From the NCBI GenBank assembly GCA_964389365.1, contig CAYMDO010000001.1, forward strand, positions 5,938 to 69,937: 64,000 nt of DNA, given 5' to 3'. Origin of the DNA: an uncultured Syntrophomonadaceae bacterium (GTDB lineage: Bacteria; Bacillota; Dethiobacteria; DTU022). Both the position numbers and the translations under genes were made by a program. This document shows positions 11,472 through 22,261 of the stretch, piece by piece. The notes under the pieces were generated by a model. That model did no database searches, had not been told where the DNA came from, and saw only the letters and a list, made by a program, of their open reading frames with translations. The stretch's first letter is position 1. Every line of letters starts with the position of its first letter.

Positions 11472-11680
11472 CTACTGGCCTACTGGCGAAATAACCCGGT
11501 AAGTATAAATCGGGCCGACTGCTGCCAGGCCAGGTCCAACACTGCCGATTGCTGCAGCCACAGCGGAGATTGAAGTTTCCGGGTTTATTCCCATAAAGGC
11601 TAACGCCAATGCTGCCAGGGCTGTTAATATAAACTAAAGTATACCAAAAGTTATCACCGGCCTTAGGATCTCCTCACTTA
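11472..11680 (-). pseudogene. TrkH/KtrB-like K+ transporter C-terminal remnant
   Basis: The minus-strand translation gives ...FILTALAALALAFMGINPETSISAVAAAIGSVGPGLAAVGPIYTY. This is the selectivity-filter-type GxVGPG region of TrkH/KtrB. It is interrupted by stop codons, and only ~60 codons remain. Confidence 0.45.
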
Positions 11681-11788
11681 CATGTTGCTCACCAAGTTTA
11701 ACCGATAAAAACCACATAAAAATAATGCGGTGTGCCGATCAGGTAAAAAAGACGGATCCGTCTCACTGGAAAACCTTCCCGGGCAGAG

Positions 11789-12403
11789 TTAAGTTACTAA
11801 CTTGGTACAGTATATCATTTTGTGTTGTTCCGCCAAAAATAAGCGGTTTCGGAGCTGGTCCCGGTCACCGTTACCCTCAACCGCAGCAAAATATCGATCC
11901 AACTTGGCGCTAACTTCAGGAATAGCAAAGATAACCAGGTGGTCTTTGGCCCGCAGCACGGTATTGCCGTTTGGCACGAGGACATCTCCATTTCGGATGA
12001 CCGAACTGATCAACATCCCGCTTGGCAGACCGGCATCAGCAATTTTCCGGTTTACTGCTTTAGCTGACTGTGGTAAAACCACTTTCACAATTTCTGCCTT
12101 TTCGTCCCGCAAAATTGACAGTGCAACTACATCTTCTCGGCGGATAAAACGCATAACCTGAGCAGCGGCCAGTAACCGGGGGCTGATCAGGCTATCAATG
12201 CCTAGGGTGTTAGATACCGGCACGTAATGAGGTTTCATCACTTCGCAGTTAATTTTCTTAACGCTAAACTGGCGATCATTGCTTTGCCCTGGTTGAAGTA
12301 TTCCACTTCCGTAGCATCGGGAAAGTGCAGCATTTTCGATATTTCCATGGCTGCGGGCCAGTTCATAACCGACCCCTCCACCACCTACAATAATGATACG
12401 CAA
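11789..12403 (-). pseudogene. TrkA/KtrA-like K+ uptake regulatory subunit, apparently disrupted
   Basis: The N-terminus MRIIIVGGGGVGYELAR matches the RCK_N Rossmann fold and the C-terminus matches RCK_C. The middle is ~40 aa short. The HGDATD-like segment (HFPDATEVEYF) appears only in a shifted frame, implying a frameshift or deletion. Confidence 0.5.
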
Positions 12404-12595
12404 TTAAGCAAACCTACCTTACACCAAAAAAAGAGACAGCGGCTACGCTGCCTCATCAGGGAGAAAAATTAAAAATATTTGAAACCGCAAGCGTCCTGTT
12501 TTGCAACGACAAAACATTATCTTTCCAAATCTTTTCTTTGCTTAGCGGCCTTTTGTCTAGGTTCATTATATTATATCAGAGTAAAGCTGACAATA

Positions 12596-13408
12596 TTATT
12601 TTTTACTAAATGGGTGACTGTTTTCAAGAATAACCGCTTCTTCAACATTGTTGGATAAAATGCCGATCCTTTCGATATCGACACGGAAATTATCTCCCGG
12701 TACCAGTGGTCCAATCCCTGCCGGAGTGCCGGTTATTATGACATCACCGGGTAACAGCGTCATACAGCCAGATACAAATTCAATAATCTCGGCTACTTTA
12801 AAAATATGGTCGGCAGTCGAACTTTCCTGGACCAGCTGGTTGTTCAAAAAACCTTTTATATGCAAATTATCCGGGTTATCAATGGCCGTTTCTATAGCCG
12901 GCCCCAGCGGACAAAAAGTATCAAAACCCTTGGCATAAGTCCACTGCCCGTTAGCCGGCTGCTTATCCCGGGCGGTAACATCATTGGCACAGCAGTAGCC
13001 GTAGATATAATCAAGCGCCTGTGAGCGGTTTACCCGGTAAGCATGCTGGCCAATCACCACTGCCAGCTCAGATTCATAGTCAACACGCCTGCTTTGCGGG
13101 GGATAAATAATCTTATGACCCGGGCCGATAACAGAGGTTGAAGGCTTTAAAAAGATAATCGGCTTTTCAGGCAGTTCAAACTGCATCTCTTCAGCATGAC
13201 TGCGGTAATTAAGGCCGAGACAGATTATCTTAGTAGGAAGGCAGGGTGCCAACAAAACAACTTCACTGGCATCGAAACTTTTTTCTGTTCTCTGTGCCAA
13301 ACCTGCTTTTCGCTGTTCGCCGGGCCAGGTTATTTCAGCTATCCGGTCTGTGTTTTCAAGTACACCGTCTAAAGTTCGATCATTAAAACAGAAGCGCACG
13401 AACTTCAA
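12596..13408 (-). CDS. Fumarylacetoacetate hydrolase (FAH) family protein
   Basis: The FAH fold core (...YESELAVVIG...) spans 270 aa. Confidence 0.8.
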   Translation of the reverse strand: MKFVRFCFNDRTLDGVLENTDRIAEITWPGEQRKAGLAQRTEKSFDASEVVLLAPCLPTKIICLGLNYRSHAEEMQFELPEKPIIFLKPSTSVIGPGHKIIYPPQSRRVDYESELAVVIGQHAYRVNRSQALDYIYGYCCANDVTARDKQPANGQWTYAKGFDTFCPLGPAIETAIDNPDNLHIKGFLNNQLVQESSTADHIFKVAEIIEFVSGCMTLLPGDVIITGTPAGIGPLVPGDNFRVDIERIGILSNNVEEAVILENSHPFSKK

Positions 13409-13480
13409 AACCCGGATCCCCCCCTTGCCGGTGGAAAATATAAAGCACCCGGATTATTATCTCCAGGTGCACAAATTATT

Positions 13481-14062
13481 TTACCAGTTCTCACAGGTAA
13501 CTTCAAAGTAATCGCGGGGATGTTTGCAGGCAGGGCAAACTTCAGGGGCTTCGCTGCCCTCATGCTGATAACCACAGTTGCGGCATGCCCACCGGATTTT
13601 TTGGTCTTTTTTAAACACCTTGCCTTTTTCAATATTGTTTTTCAGGGCCAGATAGCGTTTCTCATGTTGTTTTTCAGCGACAGCTATCGATTCAAATATT
13701 CTGGCAATGTCTTCAAAGCCTTCTTCACGAGCAACTTTGGCAAAACCCGGATACATTTCGGCCCACTCATGGTTTTCGCCCCCGGCAGCTTCTGCCAGGT
13801 TTTCCGCAGTAGTGCCGATTACACCGGCAGGAAAAGCAGCCTGAATTTCAACCTCACCGCCTTCCAGTAACTTAAAAAGACGCTTGGCATGTTCTTTTTC
13901 CTGGTTTGCAGTTTCTTCAAATATGGCGGAAACCTGGACATACCCATCTTTTTTTGCCTGGCTGGAAAAAAAAGAATAGCGGTTCCGGGCCTGGGATTCA
14001 CCGGCAAATGCGGTTAATATGTTTTTTTCAGTTTTTGTTCCTTTCAAGCTCAAGTTATCCAC
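13481..14062 (-). CDS. rbr: Rubrerythrin
   Basis: Ferritin-like di-iron domain with ExxH repeats, plus a C-terminal rubredoxin-like CxxC...CxxC (CRNCGY...CPACKHP). Confidence 0.9.
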   Translation of the reverse strand: MDNLSLKGTKTEKNILTAFAGESQARNRYSFFSSQAKKDGYVQVSAIFEETANQEKEHAKRLFKLLEGGEVEIQAAFPAGVIGTTAENLAEAAGGENHEWAEMYPGFAKVAREEGFEDIARIFESIAVAEKQHEKRYLALKNNIEKGKVFKKDQKIRWACRNCGYQHEGSEAPEVCPACKHPRDYFEVTCENW

Positions 14063-14291
14063 GCTCCTTTTTTACAGTTATCATGGCCGTGATGCCGTAG
14101 GGCTTGTATTTATCATTATACAATTAAGCTATAAATCCCTGCATAATTTAATATTTTTATAAAATAATATTTTTTAATAGTGCTTACTAATTTGCCTTGT
14201 CAAAAATAGTACCTTAATTGCAATTCAGGCAGGAGTTCGCGTTCCGGTGGCAAATATATGAGGTTATCTAACTAGCGGGAGGAGTTTATTA

Positions 14292-15287
14292 ATGTCAGTT
14301 ATGTACTATGACAAAGATGCCGACTTAGGTCTCTTACAAGGGAAAAAAATTGCCGTACTGGGCTACGGCAGCCAAGGCCATTCCCAGGCCCAAAACTTAA
14401 AGGACAGCGGACTTGATGTGGTTGTCGGTTTACACAGGGAAAGCAAGAGTTGGGATAAAGTATTGGAAGACGGTTTGCAGGTATTTACAGTCGGCGAAGC
14501 TGCAAAAGCGGCAGATATTATTCAGATCCTGATTGGTGATAACTATCAGCCAACAGTTTACCAGGAATCTGTTTTACCTCACCTGACCGAGGGCAAAGCG
14601 CTGGCCGTATCACACGGTTTTAACATCATCTACCACCAGGTTATTCCGCCTGAAAATGTTGATGTATTCATGATCGCCCCCAAAAGTCCGGGGCACTTGC
14701 TCAGGCGCCTCTATAGAGAAGGCGCGGGAGTTCCGGCATTGATGGCTGTACACCAGGATTATACCGGTAAAGCCAAACAGCTGGCCCTGGCATATGCCAA
14801 GGGTATTGGCAGTACCCGGGCCGGAGTAATAGAAACAACGCTACAGGAGGAAACCGAAACCGATCTTTTTGGCGAACAGGTTATCCTTTGTGGTGGCGTC
14901 TCTTCGCTAATCAAAGCCAGCTTTGACACGCTGGTTGAAGCAGGGTACCAACCGGAAGTCGCTTACTTTGAGTGCTTGCATGAACTGAAGCTGATTGTCG
15001 ACCTGATATATGAAGGCGGGCTGGAGCGGATGCGTTACTCAGTCAGCGATACCGCTGAATACGGCGATTTGACCAGGGGGCCGCGTATCATTAATGACGC
15101 AGTTCGTGAAGAAATGAAGAAGATTCTTTCAGAAATTCAAACTGGCCAGTTTGCCCTTGAATGGGTTCTTGAAAATAAGGCCAATCAGCCCCGTTTCAGG
15201 GCGCTAAGAAACATTGAAGAAAAACATAAAATCGTGGAAGTTGGAAAGAAGTTACGTAAAATGATGCATTACATCAAGCCATCATAA
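14292..15287 (+). CDS. ilvC: Ketol-acid reductoisomerase
   Basis: [24 protein letters not shown]-binding signature, 331 aa class-I KARI. GGAG RBS 8 nt upstream. Confidence 0.95.
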   Translation: MSVMYYDKDADLGLLQGKKIAVLGYGSQGHSQAQNLKDSGLDVVVGLHRESKSWDKVLEDGLQVFTVGEAAKAADIIQILIGDNYQPTVYQESVLPHLTEGKALAVSHGFNIIYHQVIPPENVDVFMIAPKSPGHLLRRLYREGAGVPALMAVHQDYTGKAKQLALAYAKGIGSTRAGVIETTLQEETETDLFGEQVILCGGVSSLIKASFDTLVEAGYQPEVAYFECLHELKLIVDLIYEGGLERMRYSVSDTAEYGDLTRGPRIINDAVREEMKKILSEIQTGQFALEWVLENKANQPRFRALRNIEEKHKIVEVGKKLRKMMHYIKPS

Positions 15288-15309
15288 AATATAATTCCGG
15301 CAGGGTTTC

Positions 15310-16185
15310 CTATCGAAAAGGGGCAGCTAAGCCAATTAGCTGCTCTTTGTTTATCGTGCGAAGCGGGGCCAGGATTGCGCTGGTTCTGCCGTCATGCTGG
15401 AAAACCAAGCCATTGTACCCACCGGCGACAAAAAAGAGGTAATCGTCCTTGTATTGAAAGCCACTGATTGGAAACTGCATTTGGAGTCCGATTGTTTTAA
15501 CAAAATCCAATGGGTCTATTTCAGCAGCATCAAGGCTGACCAATAAAATTTCATGTTCGGAACTGCTGTAAAGGGCAACCTTGAGTGGTTCTTCTTCAAC
15601 CGGGGGCAAAACAATCTCTCCCGAGAAAAAGTAGCCTTCGCCGAGTGTTTCAGGCCATTGCGGCATATCAGCTTCGATTGAAGAACCGGCAGGAGTAGTA
15701 GCGGCGATTGTAACCTGGTTATCAGCAGGTTTATCGTCGGTTTCGGCAACCGCTACCGTACCAGTCTCGCCGTTTTGCCGCTCTGCCAAAATATCCGGCT
15801 TGGTTTTCATTTTTGCTTCAACTCCCCGGTTATCAACTGCGGCGGACTCTGATACAACAGGATCGGCTGCTGCTACGTGCTCCTCTTCATCAGCAATCAT
15901 AAACTTGGCAGCATCATCATACTCGGTAACCGGAGAAGTAAACTGGGCAACCCGAATCAGGCCAATCCCACCAAATAGAATCAACAGGCACGCCGCAGCA
16001 GCTAGACCGGTATAACGGATCCATACCGGGGCAACATTCTTCATAGGCTTAGAAGAATGACCCAGCCGGGTTTCAATAGTGCGCCACATTTTATCGGCAG
16101 CGGGCGGCACAACAGCTTCTATCTCAAGCTGGAGCGCCCGGCGGAGCAGGTTGTCGTCAATCAATTGTTTGCCTTTTTTGTTCAA
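15310..16185 (-). CDS. Membrane-anchored anti-sigma factor, partner of the adjacent ECF sigma
   Basis: Immediately downstream of the ECF sigma gene. Single TM helix (GLAAAACLLILFGGIGL) after a short cytoplasmic N-terminus, then an extracytoplasmic C-domain. Confidence 0.55.
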   Translation of the reverse strand: MNKKGKQLIDDNLLRRALQLEIEAVVPPAADKMWRTIETRLGHSSKPMKNVAPVWIRYTGLAAAACLLILFGGIGLIRVAQFTSPVTEYDDAAKFMIADEEEHVAAADPVVSESAAVDNRGVEAKMKTKPDILAERQNGETGTVAVAETDDKPADNQVTIAATTPAGSSIEADMPQWPETLGEGYFFSGEIVLPPVEEEPLKVALYSSSEHEILLVSLDAAEIDPLDFVKTIGLQMQFPISGFQYKDDYLFFVAGGYNGLVFQHDGRTSAILAPLRTINKEQLIGLAAPFR

Positions 16186-16226
16186 CGCTGTCTGTTACCT
16201 CCCTTTAAGGTTTGACAAGCGGGCGC

Positions 16227-16760
16227 TCACTCAGGTTCCATTAATGCGGTCAACTTCTGCCTAGCCCTGAACAGCCTCGACTTGACGGTGCCGGGGCTGA
16301 CCTGCAGCAGTTCGGCAATTTCATCAATTTTCAGATCATCAAAGAACTGTAAAACAATGACCTGATAGTGATCCGGTGCCAAATCCCTCACCGCTTTGCG
16401 CACTTTTTCCAATTCCAGGGTGTGCAGCACTTCTGTTTCAGTATCGTTTGTTTCGGTTTGCCCCGGTACTTCCGGCAACTCTGCTGAATAGATAATTCTC
16501 TTTTCCCTTTTTATGTAGTTGCGGGCCAGGTTAGAGGCGATCACAGCCAACCAGGCGCCAAACTTGGTGCTATCTTTTAACTGGTGCAGATTTTGAAAAG
16601 CTCTGATAAACGCATCCTGGGTTATATCCTCAGCATTTTCCCTGTTACGTAGGATATTCAAGGCAACAGCATAAGTGCGCCGGTAAAAGGCCTCAAAAAG
16701 GGCGTGCCGTGATTCATTATCATTACAATCTACAAGTTTTGAAATTTGCAGCGGCTCCAC
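16227..16760 (-). CDS. ECF-type RNA polymerase sigma-70 family factor
   Basis: Region 2 (DITQDAFIRAF) and region 4 HTH (EIAELLQVSPGTVKSRL), 177 aa. Confidence 0.85.
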   Translation of the reverse strand: MEPLQISKLVDCNDNESRHALFEAFYRRTYAVALNILRNRENAEDITQDAFIRAFQNLHQLKDSTKFGAWLAVIASNLARNYIKREKRIIYSAELPEVPGQTETNDTETEVLHTLELEKVRKAVRDLAPDHYQVIVLQFFDDLKIDEIAELLQVSPGTVKSRLFRARQKLTALMEPE

Positions 16761-16814
16761 ACAATCTCCCCTAAATGGCTTTGGTGAGTAGGGTTATTTC
16801 GCCGTTGTACAGCT

Positions 16815-17627
16815 TTAACCCTCTTGATCAGATCTTACCTGCTGAACATAGAAACGGCCATTCCACATTTTTACCTGAACAGGATTGCCAAGAAAGTGAG
16901 AGAGATTGGCCGCAGTGAGGGTGTCATCAAGGTTGCCACAGGAATGAACCCTGCCCCTGTCAAGCAGCATAATCATGGAGAAAATCTGCCGGTGGATGTC
17001 TTCAAAACGATGAGTGACAAATATCATGGCCGGAGAATCTGATTCACCGGCCAGCCGGTTCAGGCTGAACAGCATTTCTTCACGCGCCAGGTAATCGAGA
17101 CAGGAGGCCGGTTCGTCTAAAACAAGCAGCGCCGGCCGATTAAAAAGTGCCCTGGCAATCAGCACCCGTTGGCGCTCACCGTCAGAAAAAGTATTGAATG
17201 GCCTACCGGCCAGGTGCGCGCAGCCAACCTGCTCAAGGAGTGATAAAGCACGTTCAGTTTCTGACCGGTCAGCCTTACGCAGCAGCCTAATTACGGCATC
17301 ACAGGCTCCGATGACTATTTCTTCTGCAGTTTCATCAGCATAGAACATTTCTTTAAGAGCAGTACTGACCCAACCAATTGATTTTCTAAGCTCCCGCAGG
17401 TCATAGCGGCCAAATTGCCGGCCGAGGACAGTCACAGATCCGGAAGAAGGCTGCATATAACCGGCAATGATATTTAATAGTGATGTTTTACCGGCACCGT
17501 TTAAACCAAAAATCACCCAGTTCTCATTATTATTAACTGTCCAGTCAATACGGTCGAGGATTGTTACCCCGCTCCGGACCCATGATACAGTATTGAGCTG
17601 AATAACCGGACCTTCCTTAAAATTCAC
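16815..17627 (-). CDS. ABC transporter ATP-binding protein (solitary ATPase, ModF/YlmA-like)
   Basis: Walker [12 protein letters not shown], signature FSDGERQRV and Walker B LLVLDEP. No adjacent permease gene. Confidence 0.8.
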   Translation of the reverse strand: MNFKEGPVIQLNTVSWVRSGVTILDRIDWTVNNNENWVIFGLNGAGKTSLLNIIAGYMQPSSGSVTVLGRQFGRYDLRELRKSIGWVSTALKEMFYADETAEEIVIGACDAVIRLLRKADRSETERALSLLEQVGCAHLAGRPFNTFSDGERQRVLIARALFNRPALLVLDEPASCLDYLAREEMLFSLNRLAGESDSPAMIFVTHRFEDIHRQIFSMIMLLDRGRVHSCGNLDDTLTAANLSHFLGNPVQVKMWNGRFYVQQVRSDQEG

Positions 17628-19011
17628 AGGTATTTACCGTCCGGGGAAAAGGGATTACATCCCTGATATTATTTACACCGGTGAGATACATGATCGCCCG
17701 TTCAAGGCCGAGCCCGAACCCGGCATGTTTTACTCCGCCATATTTGCGCAGATCGATATACCACCAGAGTTCTTCGGGATTTATGTTAGACTCGGCCATG
17801 CGGTTTAAAAGTACATCCACGCGCTCTTCCCGCTGGCTGCCACCGATAATTTCGCCTACGCCCGGGACAAGCAGGTCCATGGCGGCAACTGTTTTATCGT
17901 CATCGTTAAGGCGCATGTAAAAGGCTTTTATCTCTTTCGGATAATCGGTTACAAATACCGGTTTCTGATATAGTTTCTCTGTTAAATACCTCTCATGTTC
18001 AGTCTGCAGATCACAGCCCCAGCTAACCGGATACTCAAAATTCGCATCTGCCTGAAGGAGGAGATCAATGGCTTCCGAGTATGTTATGCGGGCAAAATCA
18101 GCCCGGGCTATATTTTCAAGCTTTTTCCTGAGTCCTCTGTCCACAAACTGGTTAAAAAGCTCCATTTCAGCCTTAGCTTCTTCCAGCACATAGGCGATCA
18201 GATATTTGAGCATCCCTTCGGCAAGCTGCATATTGTCGGTTAAGTCAGCAAAGGCCACCTCCGGTTCAACCATCCAAAACTCGGCGGCATGCCGTGGAGT
18301 ATTGGATTTTTCCGCCCGGAATGTCGGACCAAAGGTGTAAACATTGCGGAAAGCGTGCGCAAAAGCTTCAGCCTCAAGCTGACCGCTGACGGAAAGATTA
18401 CTCTTCCTGCCGAAAAAGTCAGCTCCGAAATTAACCTTGTTTCCTTCATTTAGTGGAGGATTCTTTGGATCAAGGGTGGTAACGCGAAACAGCTCTCCGG
18501 CTCCCTCGGCATCATTGGCTGTAATAATCGGGGCATGGAGGTAAATAAAGCCACGCTCCTGGAAAAAACGGTGGATAGCATAAGAAAGCAGGGAACGGAC
18601 CCTGAATACGGCTGTAAAAAGATTAGTACGCGGCCTTAAGTGCGCCACTTCCCGTAAAAATTCAACGCTGTGCCTTTTAGGCTGAATCGGGTAATCCTCT
18701 GGAGAATCGCCCTCAATCTTTACCGCAGCAGCTTTAATCTCAAATGGCTGCCTGGCTTCAGGCGTCAGCATCAACCTGCCCAGCACCGTAACGGCAGAAC
18801 CAACCCCCAGCCTGGCCACCGTTTCGAAATTCGGCAGCTGGTCACGCTCATAGACGATCTGGATCGGGTTAAGATGCGTTCCATCATTTAGCATGATAAA
18901 ACCAAAAGATTTTTGATCCCGGTTGTTCCTGATCCAACCGTCAACTTCAACTTCCTGGCCGTCAAGTGAATTAGCATCACGGAAGAGATCTTTAACCAGT
19001 ACTTTTCCCAT
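17617..19011 (-). CDS. asnS: Asparagine--tRNA ligase
   Basis: N-terminal OB fold ([12 protein letters not shown]), class-II motifs ([12 protein letters not shown]), 464 aa. The start was chosen at MGKVLV, preceded by GAGGG. The longer ORF-track model (to 19191) adds 60 unlikely residues. Confidence 0.9.
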   Translation of the reverse strand: MGKVLVKDLFRDANSLDGQEVEVDGWIRNNRDQKSFGFIMLNDGTHLNPIQIVYERDQLPNFETVARLGVGSAVTVLGRLMLTPEARQPFEIKAAAVKIEGDSPEDYPIQPKRHSVEFLREVAHLRPRTNLFTAVFRVRSLLSYAIHRFFQERGFIYLHAPIITANDAEGAGELFRVTTLDPKNPPLNEGNKVNFGADFFGRKSNLSVSGQLEAEAFAHAFRNVYTFGPTFRAEKSNTPRHAAEFWMVEPEVAFADLTDNMQLAEGMLKYLIAYVLEEAKAEMELFNQFVDRGLRKKLENIARADFARITYSEAIDLLLQADANFEYPVSWGCDLQTEHERYLTEKLYQKPVFVTDYPKEIKAFYMRLNDDDKTVAAMDLLVPGVGEIIGGSQREERVDVLLNRMAESNINPEELWWYIDLRKYGGVKHAGFGLGLERAIMYLTGVNNIRDVIPFPRTVNTCEF

Positions 19012-19124
19012 TCTTTTCCCTCTCGTTTTATAATTAGTATACCGAAAAAGTGAAAGGCTGAAAAGAAAGGTTGTCAATCGATGCCGGCTGCCGCATATAG
19101 CTGGCTTAAATACGCAGCCGCTGA

Positions 19125-19184
19125 TTTTAAAAACTAAAACCCGACATTTGCCGGGAACAGGCCAGTGGTTACTGGCGACCTGTT
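19125..19184 (-). terminator. Tandem hairpins followed by T-runs downstream of the lipoprotein gene
   Basis: AACAGGCCAGT-ggtt-ACTGG(cga)CCTGTT (19156-19184), then CCCGGCAAATGTCGGG followed by TTTTAGTTTTT on the minus strand. Confidence 0.5.
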
Positions 19185-20123
19185 TTAACAACCATGCCCG
19201 CTTTCAACAATGAGCTCCCCGTCGACAACAACAAGATCAGCGGCTGCCTGTATTCCTTTTTTTGCAGCATAAACTTCAATAATTCCGCCACTAATATAAA
19301 CCAAACCGCTCCCCGGAACCTGTTCATTTCTGGCCTGGATACCATCACTACCAGCTTTCACCGCTATCCGGGCATTGCGGAAAGCGACGAGATTATTACC
19401 CTTGATCCCTACGTCTGCCGCATTAACTTTAACTCTGCCATTTATAATCCTGAGATCATTATTACCTGCTATGCCATGTTTGTGTTTTCCAAAAACAATG
19501 AGGGTTCCGCTGCCGTTAATGGTCAGATCGCTGGCACTGAATAATGCTGCAGTGGGCACATCTGCTTTTCCGGTATGCAGATGCTCTTCAGCATCAGTCA
19601 GGGTATTTTCAGTGCCTTCAGCAAGGGTAATCACCACGGCATGCGCACTTTCAATATATAAAGGCGCGCCGCTGTTGCTTGTTAAATCGATCCCGTTCAG
19701 GATCAGCCTGACATAAGACTCGTCCCCGGCTATCACATGAATCTGCCCGTTTTTCAGTTCTCCAGAGATGATATACGTTCCGGCATCAGTAATTCTCAGG
19801 ACCTCTTCTTCAGCTACAGCCCCTTCCCCTTCAACTTGGATCGATCCGCCCCGGAAAGTAATAAGAACTGCATCGATCAGGCTGAAATCTTCGTTAAGAT
19901 CACTATCTTTCCATACCACGCCCGGTTCGACCAGGCTGTTAAAGCCTCCGCGAAACAGGTTCCTTTCTTTTCGGCCCAATTTTTCTGGGGTTAAAACCCG
20001 TCTGCTCGCGGTTGCATCGCCGATATTTGGTGAGCAGGCTACCACATGCAGCCCGGCAATTAGGATGGCCAAGAATATTGATACCCGCTGACCGGTTCTC
20101 AGGCAGATTTTCATCGTTTTCAT
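19185..20123 (-). CDS. Lipoprotein with parallel beta-helix repeats (Cthe_2159-like carbohydrate-binding family, putative)
   Basis: Signal peptide with lipobox LHVVAC. Repeated G-x-I/V-x-V beta-strand units ([28 protein letters not shown]...[15 protein letters not shown]). Confidence 0.45.
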   Translation of the reverse strand: MKTMKICLRTGQRVSIFLAILIAGLHVVACSPNIGDATASRRVLTPEKLGRKERNLFRGGFNSLVEPGVVWKDSDLNEDFSLIDAVLITFRGGSIQVEGEGAVAEEEVLRITDAGTYIISGELKNGQIHVIAGDESYVRLILNGIDLTSNSGAPLYIESAHAVVITLAEGTENTLTDAEEHLHTGKADVPTAALFSASDLTINGSGTLIVFGKHKHGIAGNNDLRIINGRVKVNAADVGIKGNNLVAFRNARIAVKAGSDGIQARNEQVPGSGLVYISGGIIEVYAAKKGIQAAADLVVVDGELIVESGHGC

Positions 20124-20340
20124 CCTTTCATCAGGTGATCAAAGCAGCTTCTAGCGTGTAATCATTTTATCCGGAATACAGACGTCGTATTCCCGTAAGG
20201 TGCTTGAAATAATGCGGCAAATTTGCCGCAAGGGGAAAAATTCTTCAACTTGCAGGTATTACCGGCTTTGTAGTGAATATGATACCATACAGTTTCGGGA
20301 TGTTTAATCACCTCATACTGAGCATATTCGGGGTAAGCCT

Positions 20341-22176
20341 GTGCAAACCAGCAATGAAAAATACCGCAGATTTTCACTTGAAGCGCTGTTTAAAAACTCG
20401 CTCGATGCAATAGTCAGTTTCGATAAAAACCACCTGATTACCGATGTTAATCAGTCTTTTATTAATGTTTTCGGGTATAAATCTGAAGAAGTTATCGGAA
20501 AGCACGTTGACGATGTGATGAACATGGGCAAACCCGGTTCAGCCAATGCTGAAATGACCAAAAAGGTAATTGCCGGAGAGGCAGTAGAAGAAGAAGGCAC
20601 CCGTTACCGGAAAGACGGTTCGCCGATCGAGGTTATGATCAAAGGCATTCCGGTTATTATCGACGGCAAGATGTCAGGCGGCTTTGGCATATATGAAGAT
20701 ATATCAGCACGGAAAAAAACCGAGCGAGAACTGCTAACCCAGCGGCAGCGGCTTGAGAATGTAATTGAAGGTTCGGGAGTCGGAACCTGGGAATGGAACA
20801 CACAGACCGGAAAAAACATTTACAACGAAAACTGGGCTAAAATGCTCGGGTACACCCTGGAGGAGCTTCAACCTGAGAACCAGGCGGTATGGAAATCTTT
20901 AACCCATCCTGACGACGTCCGTAGGTCAGAAGAAATTGCCGAACGCCACCTCGCCGGGGAGCTGCCCTATTACGAATGCGAGTGCCGAATGAAACACAAG
21001 GACGGCTACTGGGTATGGGTTCTCGATCGCGGCCGGATATTAACCAGCGATGCAAACGGCAAGCCGTTATCCATGTTTGGCATCCATACCGACATCAGTG
21101 AACGGAAGAAAGCCGAAGAGGAGATTCGCTACATCAGTACACACGATCATCTAACCGGGCTTTACAACCGGAATTTTATCGAAACAGAGCTTCATAGGCT
21201 AGACTGCGCCCGCCAGCTCCCGTTCAGTATCATCCTGGCTGACCTGAACGGCTTGAAGCTAATCAATGATACTTACGGTCACATGGTTGGTGACAGGGCT
21301 TTGAGCCGCGTAGCTGAAATCATCAGAAGCTGCTGCCGGGAAGACGATATCTATGCCCGCTGGGGCGGTGATGAATTTGTAATATTGCTTCCTCAAACCA
21401 CTGCCAAGGATGCTCAGCTTATCTGCAGGCGGATTGACGAGGGCTGCCGCAATATTTACGTGGAAGATGTTCCCATATCGATGGCTATCGGTTTAGCCTG
21501 TAAAACCGCGGTGACAGAAGATCTTAAGAATATCCTGCAGGAAGCTGAAGACAGCTTGTACAAACAAAAGCTGACTGAAAGCCGCAGCACAAAAAATGCT
21601 GTCCTTAAAACCCTGCTAAAAACACTCGCAGAGAAAAGTCATGAAACTGAAGCCCATACCCGGGGAATGCAGGAGATAGCGCTATTAATCGGCAAGCAGC
21701 TTAACCTTCCTGCAAATGAATTAAGCAGGCTCGATCTATTAATTACGCTTCACGATATCGGCAAAATAAATATCGCTGAAGAAATTTTAATTAAAGACAG
21801 CTCTCTTACCAAAGACGAATGGGAAACCATAAAAAAACACCCGGAAATAGGCTTCAGGATTGCCAGGGCGACCGAGGAATTTGCCCACGTTGCAGAAGAT
21901 ATTATGGCCCATCACGAAAGATGGGACGGCTCCGGATACCCGCATGGCTTATCGGGGTCAGACATTCCCCTGCTGGCCCGGGTCACGGCAATCGCTGATG
22001 CTTACGAAGTTATGAAAAATGGCAGGCCTTACAAAACAGCCATGTCACCCTCCGAGATCAAGAACGAATTTATCAGGTGCTCAGGCACGCAATTTGATCC
22101 TGCATTGGTAAAGATTTTTTTTACAATCTGCCCAGGTGGCACAACAACCGATAAACTTCAAAACTGGGGCCTATAA
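20341..22176 (+). CDS. Composite c-di-GMP protein: PAS-PAS-GGDEF-HD-GYP
   Basis: Two PAS-like segments, a GGDEF domain with intact RWGGDEF, then an HD-GYP domain (HDIGKI ... HHERWDGSGYP). GTG start. Confidence 0.85.
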   Translation: MQTSNEKYRRFSLEALFKNSLDAIVSFDKNHLITDVNQSFINVFGYKSEEVIGKHVDDVMNMGKPGSANAEMTKKVIAGEAVEEEGTRYRKDGSPIEVMIKGIPVIIDGKMSGGFGIYEDISARKKTERELLTQRQRLENVIEGSGVGTWEWNTQTGKNIYNENWAKMLGYTLEELQPENQAVWKSLTHPDDVRRSEEIAERHLAGELPYYECECRMKHKDGYWVWVLDRGRILTSDANGKPLSMFGIHTDISERKKAEEEIRYISTHDHLTGLYNRNFIETELHRLDCARQLPFSIILADLNGLKLINDTYGHMVGDRALSRVAEIIRSCCREDDIYARWGGDEFVILLPQTTAKDAQLICRRIDEGCRNIYVEDVPISMAIGLACKTAVTEDLKNILQEAEDSLYKQKLTESRSTKNAVLKTLLKTLAEKSHETEAHTRGMQEIALLIGKQLNLPANELSRLDLLITLHDIGKINIAEEILIKDSSLTKDEWETIKKHPEIGFRIARATEEFAHVAEDIMAHHERWDGSGYPHGLSGSDIPLLARVTAIADAYEVMKNGRPYKTAMSPSEIKNEFIRCSGTQFDPALVKIFFTICPGGTTTDKLQNWGL

Positions 22177-22211
22177 ACATCTTTATTGTTTGAGCGCGGC
22201 GGAAGACGCAC

Positions 22212-22242
22212 CGCCGGCAGAAAACTCCGGCGCTGTTATTTT
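22212..22242 (+). terminator. Rho-independent terminator after the GGDEF/HD-GYP gene
   Basis: CGCCGG-cagaaaact-CCGGCG stem-loop followed by CTGTTATTTT. Confidence 0.5.
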
Positions 22243-22261
22243 AACCTTCCTCCCATCAAGC

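Noticed and set aside
11469-11487. Tandem octamer CCTACTGG CCTACTGG
   Set aside because: Only two copies, inside the TrkH remnant. It is more likely a slippage duplication contributing to gene decay than a functional repeat.
13405-13632. 75-codon minus-strand ORF overlapping the rubrerythrin 3' end
   Set aside because: Overlaps the well-supported rubrerythrin C-terminus in another frame. Composition is Ala/Gly/Pro-rich, typical of an out-of-frame artefact.
14063-14291. Attenuator or T-box leader for the solitary ilvC
   Set aside because: The 230 nt AT-rich leader has no recognisable T-box or leader-peptide features. Only a weak sigma-A-like promoter is apparent.
19012-19125. Possible T-box leader upstream of asnS
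   Set aside because: Only ~110 nt are available after the upstream gene's terminators, which is too short for a T-box. No specifier or T-box motif was recognised.
17617-19191. Long (524 aa) model for asnS from the ORF track
   Set aside because: The extra 60 N-terminal residues are Cys-rich, have no RBS, and overlap the terminators of the upstream gene. MGKVLV with a GAGGG RBS fits AsnS N-termini.
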